This document shows positions 38,852 to 49,352 of a stretch of 64,000 bases of DNA, in pieces. The position numbers and the translations under genes were made by a program. This DNA comes from Candidatus Peregrinibacteria bacterium GW2011_GWA2_33_10 (GTDB taxonomy: Bacteria > Patescibacteriota > Gracilibacteria > UBA1369 > GWC2-33-13), in NCBI GenBank assembly GCA_000989565.1, contig LBOO01000010.1:15736-79735 (forward strand), given 5' to 3'. The notes beneath the pieces were generated by a model. It saw nothing but the letters and a program-made list of their open reading frames with translations, ran no database searches and was not told the DNA's origin. Position 1 is the first letter of the stretch, and each line of letters starts with the position of its first letter.

Positions 38852-39032
38852 TGAGGCGTAATTCCGTAGATTCGTAAGAATACCATTTTTCGAAAATTTT
38901 GGAGGAATTGATTGAAAGAATTATTTAAATTTTACTCAGATACAATATGATCATTTGTCTATGTTTAATTTTTACTTGACTTTTCTATAGAAGATTATAC
39001 AATAATGTTCTTTTGTATTAAAAGAATATTTC

Positions 39033-41093
39033 ATGAAAATGTTTTTTGGAAGAAAAGAATTAGTTGTTTTAGGCTTATTGTTGAGCTTTGTCACATCTTT
39101 TAATTTTCCTGTATTGGCGCAGAATAATTCGTTGAAGGATGATTTTAGAGTTATTTTTGGGGCTTATCCTGATAAAGGAAGTATTGAGACGCAGTTTAAA
39201 TTTCAAGTTGATATTGAGCCTTCAAAAAATTATAACAAAAATGATTATTTGATGAGGGTGGATTTTGACGGGGACTTAAAATTTGACACTAATTATTCTA
39301 CTCAGAGAGTCTTTTATTATTCTTATAATGAGGTTGGATATTATCTTCCGAGATTGCTTGTGAAATCTCCTACTTCTGAGGAAAAATTGATTATTGGTTT
39401 GAATGCGACTAATCAGAAAGAGATTTATGTGCAGCAATCAAACAAACCTGAGGCTAAAATCGTAGCTAATCCTACTTCAGGAGAAGTTGATGATAGGTTT
39501 TATTTTGACGCGATTGATTCTTTTGATTTTGAGGAACAATATCGTCTTCAGTATAGATTTGATTTTAATAATGATGGAATTTTTGAAACTGAATTTTCCG
39601 ATAATTCCGAAGGTTCGTTTAAATATACGACTCCGGGGCTTAAAGAGGCTTTAGTTGAGGTAAAAGACAGGGATGGCAATACGGATACCGAAAAAATCAA
39701 TGTTATTGTGAGGGAAAGGGATTTTCCTCCAAGGGTTACAATTGTGATCAGATCCGGCACTAATTATGGAAATAATGATAAATTTTTGGCCGGCGTGGAA
39801 ATGTTGTTTACGGCGAACGCCAAAGATACGGAAAGAAAAGGTTATTTGCTTTACAGATGGGATTTTGATGGGGATGGGAAGTTTGATTCTCCTTTTTTGA
39901 GGGTGAATTCAGTAAGGCATACTTATCGGGAATCGGGTTATAATAAGGTGATTGTTGAGGTTCAGGATGCGGCGAATAACACTGATACGGCGGAAAGAGA
40001 AATATTTATTGCCGAAAATACCGCTCCAAAAGCGGTTTTGAGAGTTAATGTTTTGAACGGAACTACCGCCACTCGTTTTACTTTTGACGCTAGAGGCTCA
40101 ACCGATAATCAATTCAATAATAATTCTTTAAATTATAGATGGGATTTTGACGGAGATTTGATTTATGATACTCAATTTCTTAGAAATGCCACTGAAAATT
40201 ATTTTTATGAAACTTCCGGGAAGAAAAAAGTGACTGTGCAGGTTAGAGATCCTTTGGGAATGACTGACGAGGCAAGCGTTGAGGTGGAGGTTTTGGTTAA
40301 TTCTGCGCCAAAAGCATTTTTTATTGTGTCTCCTTATGAAGGGACTTTCAATACTCTTTTTCAATTTGACGCTTCATCTTCCGGCGACAGGCAAGATAGA
40401 CGTTTGCGATACAGATGGGATTTTGATTATCAAGGTGAAGATGATATCAAATCTGATACAATAAGTTTCAATAGCAAGATTTCGCATAGATTTCAAAGAA
40501 TCGGATTTCATGTAATTAAACTTGATGTTATTGATGAGGTTGGCGCCATGTCCAGTTATTATCAAAATGTTCAGATTCATTGGGCGTCTCCGTATTTGCA
40601 ATTTTTGCAGAGGCAAGGTGTGATGCGTGGATATACTGGTGGAGACATGAAGCCTGAACAATATATTACTAGAGCGGAATTTATCACATTGATCATTAGG
40701 GCAAAAAAAATCAACACTTATCAAAGAAATGCCGCAAATCCTTTCGCTGACATTAATCGTCGCGATTGGTATTACAATACAATTTTGATTGCCAATCAGT
40801 CGGGTTATGTTCAAGGTTATGCCGATAATACTTTCAGACCGAATAATTTAATTAATAGGGCTGAAGCTACAGCGATTTTAATGCGAGCTTTTGAGATGAA
40901 GGGTGGCCATAGTCAAAATTATAAATCTTTTTCAGATGTCAATTATAATTCATGGTATGGGGACGCGCTTAAAAAAGGCAATATTATGGGAATAATTGAC
41001 GGATACGCGGATAATACTTTTAGGCCGTATCAACCTTTGAAAAGGGGTGAGGCCGCGAAGTTGATTACGAACGCGTTGAAAGCGGGGTGGTAG
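39033..41093 (+). CDS. PKD-repeat + SLH surface protein
   Basis: Repeated YRWDFDGD PKD units; three SLH repeats (GY.D.TFRP...RAE); signal peptide. Confidence 0.9.
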   Translation: MKMFFGRKELVVLGLLLSFVTSFNFPVLAQNNSLKDDFRVIFGAYPDKGSIETQFKFQVDIEPSKNYNKNDYLMRVDFDGDLKFDTNYSTQRVFYYSYNEVGYYLPRLLVKSPTSEEKLIIGLNATNQKEIYVQQSNKPEAKIVANPTSGEVDDRFYFDAIDSFDFEEQYRLQYRFDFNNDGIFETEFSDNSEGSFKYTTPGLKEALVEVKDRDGNTDTEKINVIVRERDFPPRVTIVIRSGTNYGNNDKFLAGVEMLFTANAKDTERKGYLLYRWDFDGDGKFDSPFLRVNSVRHTYRESGYNKVIVEVQDAANNTDTAEREIFIAENTAPKAVLRVNVLNGTTATRFTFDARGSTDNQFNNNSLNYRWDFDGDLIYDTQFLRNATENYFYETSGKKKVTVQVRDPLGMTDEASVEVEVLVNSAPKAFFIVSPYEGTFNTLFQFDASSSGDRQDRRLRYRWDFDYQGEDDIKSDTISFNSKISHRFQRIGFHVIKLDVIDEVGAMSSYYQNVQIHWASPYLQFLQRQGVMRGYTGGDMKPEQYITRAEFITLIIRAKKINTYQRNAANPFADINRRDWYYNTILIANQSGYVQGYADNTFRPNNLINRAEATAILMRAFEMKGGHSQNYKSFSDVNYNSWYGDALKKGNIMGIIDGYADNTFRPYQPLKRGEAAKLITNALKAGW

Positions 41094-41394
41094 TTATCAC
41101 TGATTCCCTGCAGAGCCCCTGTATTGGGGCTACAAAAATATTCGCGCAATGATTTGGATCATGTCTTTCTTTTGCTTGTTCGAAAACTACGGAGTATTGG
41201 CAATTTTTTTCCGTGTTTTTGTTTTTTATTTTTTGGCAGTATTTTTCATCTTTAGTTTTTATGGCTTGTGTGTACAGTTTATTTTGCTCTTCAATGGGCA
41301 TTGTTATGCCTAACTTTTGGGAAATTTTGCTGATTAAACTGCAACCGGAAAAAGTTGTGATTATTAATGAAATTATTAAAATTTTTCGAAACAT
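41065..41394 (-). CDS. Putative lipoprotein
   Basis: Lipobox FSGC; C-x-x-I-x(7)-C repeats. Confidence 0.7.
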   Translation of the reverse strand: MFRKILIISLIITTFSGCSLISKISQKLGITMPIEEQNKLYTQAIKTKDEKYCQKIKNKNTEKNCQYSVVFEQAKERHDPNHCANIFVAPIQGLCRESVITTTPLSTRS

Positions 41395-41528
41395 AATGGA
41401 AATTAATTTTGATTTATTTTACTTATTGGTTGGAGTTTAGCAAGGAATTTTTTGAAAAATATTTTATTGTTTTTGAGGGCAAAATATGTTAATATAATAA
41501 GAATTTTTAAATAAATAACAAAAACAAA

Positions 41529-43577
41529 ATGCGAAAATTGTTCAAAACTTCTTTAACTGCAGTAATTTGTTTCGTTTTTGGTGTTACTTCCGCTGCTTCA
41601 TTAAATTATGTTTTTGCAGCGACGGATACTGCGCCGAAAGAACCGCCTCCGAATGCGAAGGTTGTACCGACGTTTGATGGTGTTGTGATTAAAGATGTTA
41701 AATTGCCTATTGGGGCAGACATTAATATTGAAGATGAAAAAATAAAAATACATAGAACACCTGTTGGAACTACGGCAGCCTTTTCATCATCAGAAGTTAT
41801 TGATAATGATAATTATTCCAATGCTTATGGTCATCAAGGTTTTTATTCTTTTTTAAATTTAAAAACTACAAATAGACCACTTATTCCAGACGCTCCTTAT
41901 ATGGGCAAGTTTGCTTTTTCTAATATCAATCTTCATACACAAGCGGAAAATAATAGTAAGTATTTAGTGGGTGATCAGGGGACATCCATTAGTAGTCAAA
42001 TATCGAATCTGATGAAGTCATCTGATGGGGCTATAACTTTACAGGCTGATATGAATGATTTTTATCTATCTGACGAGGGTAAAGAATCATTTAGAGGACT
42101 GGGAGCTTATACTACCGGGACTTATTCAAATATTTGGAATACTGACTGGCGATCAAAATCAACAGATAATAAAATTGATAAATTTAAGATTAGTGCTTCA
42201 GGTTATTTGAGTTTATCTGGCAATGTATCCGCTATTGATAAATTCTCACATGGTATAGGTGTATATGGTTCAGGTCTAGACTATGGTGTTTTAGGAACGA
42301 CCTATACGGATGGATCTATTGGTGTGGCAGGTATCATTGGATATAACGAATATAGCAAGAAAGTTGAAAGCGGCGCCGGTATTATGGGAGCTATAATAAA
42401 TAATAAAAAAGAATACTTGAAGACAGCCTACTTAGGGGCAATTAGACAAGATAGTAGTTCAAACAGTTCTATTCATTATGGTATTTATACAGATGATAAT
42501 GCTTATATTAAAGAATTAAAATCTTTGGATATACAAAGTTCGGCGAACACAGATTTAAGTGTATTTGGTCTTAACAATTTAAATTTAAAATCCGGTAATG
42601 ATGTAATTATTGCCGCAGGGAAAAATAATATTTTAAAAGGCGCGAAAACAGTTATTGATTCTAAATCAGGGTTGCAAATCATTCAAGGCGACGTAGAAAT
42701 CAATAATGTGAGCAATATTAGCGCCAATGCTAAAAAGATTGCTTTAAACGCTTCCGAAAGCGGTATTACCATTAATAGCGACAAAGGTCCCATAAGTATT
42801 AAATCTTCTGACGACAAGACAATTTTAGAAATTGTGAATGGTCAAATTCATATAAAAGATATTTATGTGTATGATAGACTATATTGCGTGAAGGGAGCGA
42901 CAAGTTGTCTACCAAAAGATACTGACCCTATTGTTAATGAAGAAAAACCAAGAAAATTTTTACTTTGGATAAAAGAAAAATTATCAGCACCGGCCAAAAT
43001 TGCGAGATCTTCCGATCCTAAAGTTATAAATGGAGAGAGATCCGTATTAAGCAATTTGGAAAATATTTCGATTACTTTCCAAAAACCAGCAAAAGTCGGA
43101 ATCTATGATTATACTGAATTTAAATTAAGAGGCGCAAATCCGTGTACGGGAAATGGATTGGATAGATTTAACGCTGATAGAGTATTTGATGTATTGAAGA
43201 AAAAAGATGATAAAACATGTGAAGCAAGAAATAGAGGTAATTTCCAATTTCAAGCTCACGGCGAATCAACCAGAGCAGGAGCCAGAGCAATTTATGGAAA
43301 TGTATTTGAATTAAAAGATGGAACCAGAACTCCAATTAGAGATGTTTCAGTTGATTGTATTGATAAATATGGAAATAGCACAAATGGGAAAAGCGATGTA
43401 GTCGGCTTCTTTAGAAATACCTTAGGAGATAATTATACTGGTATATTAACTTGTACAATTAAAAAACCAAGTGATCTAAAATTTGAACCGTCAGATCCTA
43501 TTGAAATTAATATTGATAATGTGGATGATGTTGTTCATATGGATTACTATGTAAATCCAAAAGAAATATATTATTAG
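41529..43577 (+). CDS. Secreted beta-rich hypothetical protein
   Basis: Signal peptide; GVYG/GVLG/GVAG repeats; alternating-hydrophobic short beta repeats. Confidence 0.7.
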   Translation: MRKLFKTSLTAVICFVFGVTSAASLNYVFAATDTAPKEPPPNAKVVPTFDGVVIKDVKLPIGADINIEDEKIKIHRTPVGTTAAFSSSEVIDNDNYSNAYGHQGFYSFLNLKTTNRPLIPDAPYMGKFAFSNINLHTQAENNSKYLVGDQGTSISSQISNLMKSSDGAITLQADMNDFYLSDEGKESFRGLGAYTTGTYSNIWNTDWRSKSTDNKIDKFKISASGYLSLSGNVSAIDKFSHGIGVYGSGLDYGVLGTTYTDGSIGVAGIIGYNEYSKKVESGAGIMGAIINNKKEYLKTAYLGAIRQDSSSNSSIHYGIYTDDNAYIKELKSLDIQSSANTDLSVFGLNNLNLKSGNDVIIAAGKNNILKGAKTVIDSKSGLQIIQGDVEINNVSNISANAKKIALNASESGITINSDKGPISIKSSDDKTILEIVNGQIHIKDIYVYDRLYCVKGATSCLPKDTDPIVNEEKPRKFLLWIKEKLSAPAKIARSSDPKVINGERSVLSNLENISITFQKPAKVGIYDYTEFKLRGANPCTGNGLDRFNADRVFDVLKKKDDKTCEARNRGNFQFQAHGESTRAGARAIYGNVFELKDGTRTPIRDVSVDCIDKYGNSTNGKSDVVGFFRNTLGDNYTGILTCTIKKPSDLKFEPSDPIEINIDNVDDVVHMDYYVNPKEIYY

Positions 43578-43592
43578 GATAATTAATTAGTC

Positions 43593-43625
43593 AAAAAAAA
43601 GAGGCTTAGATAAGCCTCTTTTTTT
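43593..43625. terminator. Bidirectional intrinsic terminator
   Basis: aaaaaaaagaggctta-ga-taagcctcttttttt between convergent genes. Confidence 0.85.
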
Positions 43626-43633
43626 AAATCATA

Positions 43634-43948
43634 TTAGTCTTGAAGTTCAAGATAACATCTTTCCTTATAGTCCGGATCATTGATTTTATCACAATCCCCT
43701 TTGGTTTTCGCGGATTTGGCTGAATCCAAATCTGAAACAACCGCTTCAGGCGATGGAGCTAAAACCACATCCACTTCTTTTTTATCACTATCATTATTTT
43801 TAACATTTGTATTCTTGGTTGAGGTATTTTTATCCGTGGCTGCGTTCTTAGTCTCTTCTTCCGCCGCCTTTCCGCAACCTGTCAATAAAAGTGCAAAAAT
43901 AACTAGTGCAGATGTTATAAATTTGCAGGCAAATAAATTTGGCTTCAT
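43634..43948 (-). CDS. Putative lipoprotein
   Basis: Lipobox LLTGC; C-terminal CDKINDPDYKERC. Confidence 0.7.
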   Translation of the reverse strand: MKPNLFACKFITSALVIFALLLTGCGKAAEEETKNAATDKNTSTKNTNVKNNDSDKKEVDVVLAPSPEAVVSDLDSAKSAKTKGDCDKINDPDYKERCYLELQD

Positions 43949-43982
43949 TTTATATTTTTTAATAATATTCAAGCTAAATTTA

Positions 43983-44168
43983 TTATTCTGCTATTTCTTC
44001 CTCAGTATCGTCTGTTGTTGTGTCGTCAGTAGTAGTATCAGTATTTGTATCGTCAGTAGTAGTATCAGTAGAGTCGGTTGTATCAGTTGTGTCATTGTTC
44101 AACGCTGAACATCCTGCTGTTAAAACCAATGCCATTACAAGGAACATTCCTGTCAGAAACTTTTTCAT
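43983..44168 (-). CDS. Small Thr/Asp-rich lipoprotein
   Basis: Lipobox TAGC followed by low-complexity DTTTDD. Confidence 0.75.
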   Translation of the reverse strand: MKKFLTGMFLVMALVLTAGCSALNNDTTDTTDSTDTTTDDTNTDTTTDDTTTDDTEEEIAE

Positions 44169-44444
44169 ACTTTTTAGGTTAGAAAATTAATAAATATTTC
44201 AAAGAGATTGTATAGATGTGTAGGTTTTATTTCAAGGATTTGAAGTGTAGGTTATGAGATTTTGTTTATATCAAATGAAAACTTGGGGTTGATATTTTTT
44301 TGGGTTATTTTGTAATGATAGTAATGTGTAGAGGTCAGGGATCAGGGATCATTTTACAAAAATATGGTGAAACTCTTCTGATGAATATTTGTTTAAATTG
44401 TTGTTTTGTAGTATAATTTTAAGAATTCTTTTGATTTATTTTTT

Positions 44445-45514
44445 ATGTCAGTTGAAGGTGATTCAAATAAGGAAGAAGATTTAAATGTTAAAAATTTCGG
44501 TGAGAAAACCGGCAGTGATAATATTTTACAAAAGACTTTTTCGGAGGTTTTGGATGAGTTTGCGGATGTTTCTTTGGTTTTGGCCAGAGAAAGATTTGAA
44601 GCGGAATATTTTACTGAAATGAAAAAAAATTCTTTTTTAATGTTTGCGAAGGATTTTAGTTTGAATTTTCAAGTAGTTGAAAGTGAAGAGATTCCAACTG
44701 CCTGTATTAATTTGGAAACAGGGGAAGTGAAGTTTGGCAAAGGGTTGGTTTTAGCTTGTTTGGAGGGAAAAAGGAGAATGATGAACTTTATCAAATAATA
44801 GCTATTTTGGGATTGCCAAAAAGTTATGTGGCAAATCTTCCGGAAGATTATTTTGATAAGGTTTATCAATTGGCAAGAATTTTCAGAATTATTCAAAACG
44901 CTTATAGCGGAAAGAAAATAAATCAAAAATATTTATGTGGTATGTCGCAAAAACCTCATACATTTTTAAAGCTGGCGGTGCCTTCGATGAGAGCGTTAAG
45001 AACAATTATGGAAGATTGGAGAGATGATGGATATGAAAGGGATTTGGATTTTTATCTTTGGAAGCATTTTATTCAGCGTTTTGAAGCTGAGGAACAGGAA
45101 TGGGTGTATTTATTGTTTAATACTTTTGGTGGATTTTTTTTAGATAAAACCATGAAAACAATAAAGAAAGATGGTGAAGAAAAAGATATTTTGGAAGATA
45201 ATGGTGTTTTCAAAATTGGAGAATTAAATCTGACGGGAAGCATTCCCAAAAATCCGGCAGTGCCTAGAAAAAAAACAAACAGAAAAACTTTTTCTCAACA
45301 GGAATTACTTGAAAATTTGTTTGGTGTCCTCCCGAAAGTTACAGAAAAAGATTTAAAACGAATGGAAAATATAAAGCCTGAAATTGATTTGGAACAAGAA
45401 AAGGGCAAATTAATTGATACATTAAATTCTACTCTTTTAGTGAAAGAAGAGAATTATACGAACTTTCTAAATGAAACTATGAAAAAGTATTGTAAGGAGA
45501 AGTGTGGATTATAA
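44445..45514 (+). CDS. Hypothetical protein split by a -1 frameshift
   Basis: Two overlapping ORFs (44445-44798, 44756-45514); the second has no ATG near its start; junction at G GGA AAA. Confidence 0.5.
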
Positions 45515-45532
45515 TTTTATTATTTAGTATTT

Positions 45533-46411
45533 ATGCATATTTGTCATGTTTTACAACAAGGTTTGGAGGAGCAGAAGAAGCTTTTGGATGAGATTAAAGA
45601 GCTTCGCGGGCAAATAGAGGATATTGAGACTGTTTCAGAGTTTATGAATAAAAAAATCGAAGCAGAGAGAAGATTGGTTGAAATTGTTGATGGTTTAACG
45701 GTTTTACAAAAAGAGTGCGAGGGAAGGAAATTGAATTTTAAGGAGGAATTGTTGCAGTATTTGGGAGGGAAGGAAAAAGATTGGGAGTTTGGGTTTGATG
45801 AGGATGGGTATGTGGTTAAGATAAGAAGAGCTGATGCGCATTATGAAGTTCCTTTAAAAAATATTAATTTGAATTTTTTATTTTTAGATCATTTGGAATC
45901 CTTGGATTTGAGTAATACAAATTTAAATAGTGTAAATTTTAATAAAAATAATGTTAGTAATTTGAATTTAGATAATACTAATGTATTTTTCCCTTTTTTT
46001 GATTTAGGACAATTTAGAAATATGGAATTTTTAAATCTTAGTTATGCAAAAGTGGATAAATTAATTTTAAATAATAATAATAATAAATTAAAGAGTTTAG
46101 TTTTATATGGATGTAAATTGAAAGAGGAGGTTTTAGATGTTTCAGAAATTTTGAATTTAGAGATCTTAGATATTTCAGAAACTTATGTTAAAGATGTAAA
46201 ATTTGAAAATCCCAATCTTAAAGAATTGTATATGGAGAATACGAAACTTAGCAGGAAAAAACTTGATATTAGTGAATTATATAATTTAGTTAGAATAAAT
46301 ATAGAAGGTTCTGATATTAGTGAATTATATATTTCGAAAGATCAGGAAAAGAAAATAAAAGATAAAAAATTGCAAATCAGTGTCAGTGAATCTCAATCAT
46401 TGATCTCTTGA
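45533..46411 (+). CDS. Leucine-rich repeat protein
   Basis: LESLDLSNTNL, MEFLNLSYAKV, LEILDISETYV, LKELYMENTKL. Confidence 0.85.
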   Translation: MHICHVLQQGLEEQKKLLDEIKELRGQIEDIETVSEFMNKKIEAERRLVEIVDGLTVLQKECEGRKLNFKEELLQYLGGKEKDWEFGFDEDGYVVKIRRADAHYEVPLKNINLNFLFLDHLESLDLSNTNLNSVNFNKNNVSNLNLDNTNVFFPFFDLGQFRNMEFLNLSYAKVDKLILNNNNNKLKSLVLYGCKLKEEVLDVSEILNLEILDISETYVKDVKFENPNLKELYMENTKLSRKKLDISELYNLVRINIEGSDISELYISKDQEKKIKDKKLQISVSESQSLIS

Positions 46412-46462
46412 GAAATATTAAAACTTTCGTTATTTTTGTTACGTTCATAAAACAAATTTACC

Positions 46463-47650
46463 ATGAAAATCGGTTTTAAGACTTTGGGTTGTAAGGTCAA
46501 TAAATATGAATCCGATAAAATTGCGGCAATTTTATCAAAAAAACATGAGATTAAATCAAAAACTGAAAATTTGGATATTTGTATCATCAATACTTGTACG
46601 GTTACGCATATCGCTGATAGAAAGTCGCGTCAGGCCATAAGGCAGATCAAACAAAACAATCCGATGGCTAAGATTATTGTTTTTGGTTGCGGGGCGCGTA
46701 AAAAAGATAATATTTATATTGAAATGCCAGAAATTGATCATGTTTTCGCGACTTATGATGAAGTAATCAATTTTTTATCTTCGGATAAAGATATTGATGA
46801 TTTTGAAAATTTTAATGGTTCTCGAACACGTGTTCTTCTAAAAATCCAGGATGGCTGCGATAATTATTGCAGTTATTGTATTATTCCTTTTGTCAGAGGA
46901 AAAGCTACAAGCTATCCTGAAAGGAGGGTTATTTCCGAATGTTTGGCACGGGAGAAACAGGGATTTAAAGAATTGGTGATTACCGGAGTTAATATTGGAG
47001 AATGGAAAAATCAGGAAAAAAATCTTTCTTATTTATTAAAAAAGATTTTGGATAATACAAAAGAGATGAGAATCAGAATTTCGTCAATCGAGCCCGTGCA
47101 TTTTGATGATGAGTTTTATTCGTTATTTAATAATCCCCGACTCTGTGGCCACGTGCATTTATCTTTGCAGTCAGGAAGTAATAAAATTTTAGAAAAAATG
47201 CGGCGCAGATATACTACGGATCAATATGAATCCATTTGTAATAATTTGCGTAAAATTCGGCCTGATATCGCGATCACAACTGATTTAATTATTGGCTATC
47301 CGGGAGAAGATGAATCTTTTTTTAATGAGAGTAAATTATTTTGTGAAAAAATGAAATTTTCCAAGATTCATGTGTTTAAATTTTCAAGCAGAATAGGCAC
47401 TATCGCGGAAAAATTAAAAGATATTGTTTCTGATGATGAAAAAAACAAACGAGCAAAAATAATGAGAGATTTATCTGTAAAATTGGAAAAAGAATTTAGG
47501 AAAAATAATGCGGGAAAAGAAAAAGTTGTGCTGGTTGAAAGCAAAATCGGGAAAAAAAGGTATATTGGGTATACAGATAATTATATTCGGGTGGAGGTTT
47601 TTAGTGAGAGGGATGTGAGGGGGGAATTTGTGGTTGGGAGGATAGAGTAA
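46463..47650 (+). CDS. mtaB: tRNA methylthiotransferase MtaB
   Basis: TLGCKVNKYES, NTCTVT, KIQDGCDNYCSYC, HLSLQSGS, GYTDNY. Confidence 0.93.
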   Translation: MKIGFKTLGCKVNKYESDKIAAILSKKHEIKSKTENLDICIINTCTVTHIADRKSRQAIRQIKQNNPMAKIIVFGCGARKKDNIYIEMPEIDHVFATYDEVINFLSSDKDIDDFENFNGSRTRVLLKIQDGCDNYCSYCIIPFVRGKATSYPERRVISECLAREKQGFKELVITGVNIGEWKNQEKNLSYLLKKILDNTKEMRIRISSIEPVHFDDEFYSLFNNPRLCGHVHLSLQSGSNKILEKMRRRYTTDQYESICNNLRKIRPDIAITTDLIIGYPGEDESFFNESKLFCEKMKFSKIHVFKFSSRIGTIAEKLKDIVSDDEKNKRAKIMRDLSVKLEKEFRKNNAGKEKVVLVESKIGKKRYIGYTDNYIRVEVFSERDVRGEFVVGRIE

Positions 47651-47710
47651 TCCGTAAATAGAATAATTTATATAATAAAAAAATTCCTTTTGCGGATTTA
47701 TTTGATCTAC

Positions 47711-48355
47711 TTACAATCCCAATTTTTTTCTAATTTCATCAGCTTCAGATTGATCTTGTTTGGCTTTTTCTTCGGCAACGACCGCTGCTTCTATGTCGTG
47801 CCAGTCTTCAACGTGTTTGCGCTCCAATTTTTCCAGTTGTTCACCGTGTTTTTCCGATAATTCAGTGAATTTTTCCTGTTCTTCCTCCAAAATTTTCATT
47901 AATTCATCAATTTGAAACTGGCTTAATTTTGGGAGAGATTTGATTATTTTTACTTTTTCATCTTTGGTAAGTGAAATTGATCCTGCAAGAAGTCTCAAAA
48001 AGCGTACTTCATCAAATTTTAAATTATGAGAGGGCAGTTTTATATTGGTTTTAAAATCATTCAACATTTTTCCAAATGTATATTTTGGCTTATTATCATC
48101 TGTCGGAGGTTGTGTGACAGGTGGTTGAGGTATCATACCGCCGGGATTGAATCCTGCTCCCGCAGGTGGATTAAATGCTCCCTGAGGCGGGAATCCGGAA
48201 AAATTTTGAGGGTTGAAATTTTGTCCAAAATTTTGTTGCATTTGATTAGAATTCATAGTGTCATCGAAATTATCCGCCTTTATATTTTGAAATGGATTTG
48301 CGTTATTTTGATTATTTTGCTGGTTTCCCTGTTGTGAGCCTTGAGTATTGTCCAT
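47711..48355 (-). CDS. Hypothetical protein, Q/N/P-rich N-terminus and helical C-terminus
   Basis: 214-aa ORF; C-terminal domain resembles 58751-59203. Confidence 0.8.
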   Translation of the reverse strand: MDNTQGSQQGNQQNNQNNANPFQNIKADNFDDTMNSNQMQQNFGQNFNPQNFSGFPPQGAFNPPAGAGFNPGGMIPQPPVTQPPTDDNKPKYTFGKMLNDFKTNIKLPSHNLKFDEVRFLRLLAGSISLTKDEKVKIIKSLPKLSQFQIDELMKILEEEQEKFTELSEKHGEQLEKLERKHVEDWHDIEAAVVAEEKAKQDQSEADEIRKKLGL

Positions 48356-48430
48356 GTAAAATTATGTATTATGAATTATTAGAGATATTATTATAGTGTA
48401 TTTATGTGAAAAATCAAGCAAATGCGTAAC

Positions 48431-48991
48431 TTAATTGGCGCGTTCGGAGTAGAGTCCGGTTTCGGTGTTGATACGGATTACATCACCTTCTTTAATAAAT
48501 AAAGGAACTCTTAATGTATACCCTGTTTCAGTAACCGCTTCTTTTTGAGCATTACCGGCTGTATCACCTTTCGCGCCGGGTTCGGCCTGCGCTACTTTCA
48601 AATCTACTTTTGGTGGCAGAATAACGCCTTTAGCTGTGCCATCCAAATACATAATATAATATTCCAAACCTTCAATTAAAAAATATTTTTGATCTCCAAT
48701 TACATTTTCACTGAATTCAAATTGGCTAAAGTCATCGATATCCATAAAAATATAACCGGATCCATCATTATATAAATATTGAGCTTTTTTCTTTTCAATA
48801 CTCACTTCTTCCAAATTTTCCCCTGATTTGATTGTAAACTCAGAAATACCATTCGTTAAAAGATTACGGCATTTTAAAATATAAATTCCGGCACCTCTGG
48901 CTTGTTTTACAAAACCTTGTTTTAAAACAATCCACTTTTGTCCCTGATAAACAAATGCTGCGTCTTTTTTGGCTTCAGAAACATTGATCAT
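48431..48991 (-). CDS. efp: Elongation factor P
   Basis: QYLYND..FMD..FSQ, PGAKGDTA, TETG..VPLFIKEGD..INTETG.Y.ER. Confidence 0.96.
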   Translation of the reverse strand: MINVSEAKKDAAFVYQGQKWIVLKQGFVKQARGAGIYILKCRNLLTNGISEFTIKSGENLEEVSIEKKKAQYLYNDGSGYIFMDIDDFSQFEFSENVIGDQKYFLIEGLEYYIMYLDGTAKGVILPPKVDLKVAQAEPGAKGDTAGNAQKEAVTETGYTLRVPLFIKEGDVIRINTETGLYSERAN

Positions 48992-49130
48992 ATAGAAGGG
49001 TTAAAACTTTTTAAATTTTTAATAATTAAATCTACTTTACTGTATTTCTTTGGCTGTGCCATTCGTAGTGCGGCCGTTAGTATACGTATAAATACTCACC
49101 TTTATTGCCCTTCTTCTCCTGCGCGAAGAA

Positions 49131-49206
49131 TGGTGGAGCCTACTGGATTCGAACCAGTGGCCTTTCGCACGTCAAGCGAACGCTCTACCAACTGAGCTAA
49201 GACTCC
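49131..49206 (-). tRNA. tRNA-Val(GAC)
   Basis: GGAGTCTTAGCTCAGTTGGTAGAGC..TTCGC-ttGACgt-GCGAA..GGTTCGAATCC..GGCTCCACCA. Confidence 0.95.
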
Positions 49207-49352
49207 GATATTCGGAATTATTCTATTTATTTTAAATTAAAAAGGCAAGTAACTAAATAATTCGTAAGTTGTTTAATAATTTTTTAATAATTTTTTAATG
49301 TTTATTTGATAAGACTAAAGCATTATCAATATCTAAATTATTAATTTCGTAT

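Noticed and set aside
48988-49062. 24-codon ORF (MAQPKKYSK...) overlapping the efp start as a leader peptide
   Set aside because: No polyproline motif or SD; it overlaps tRNA trailer and probable promoter sequence; likely chance
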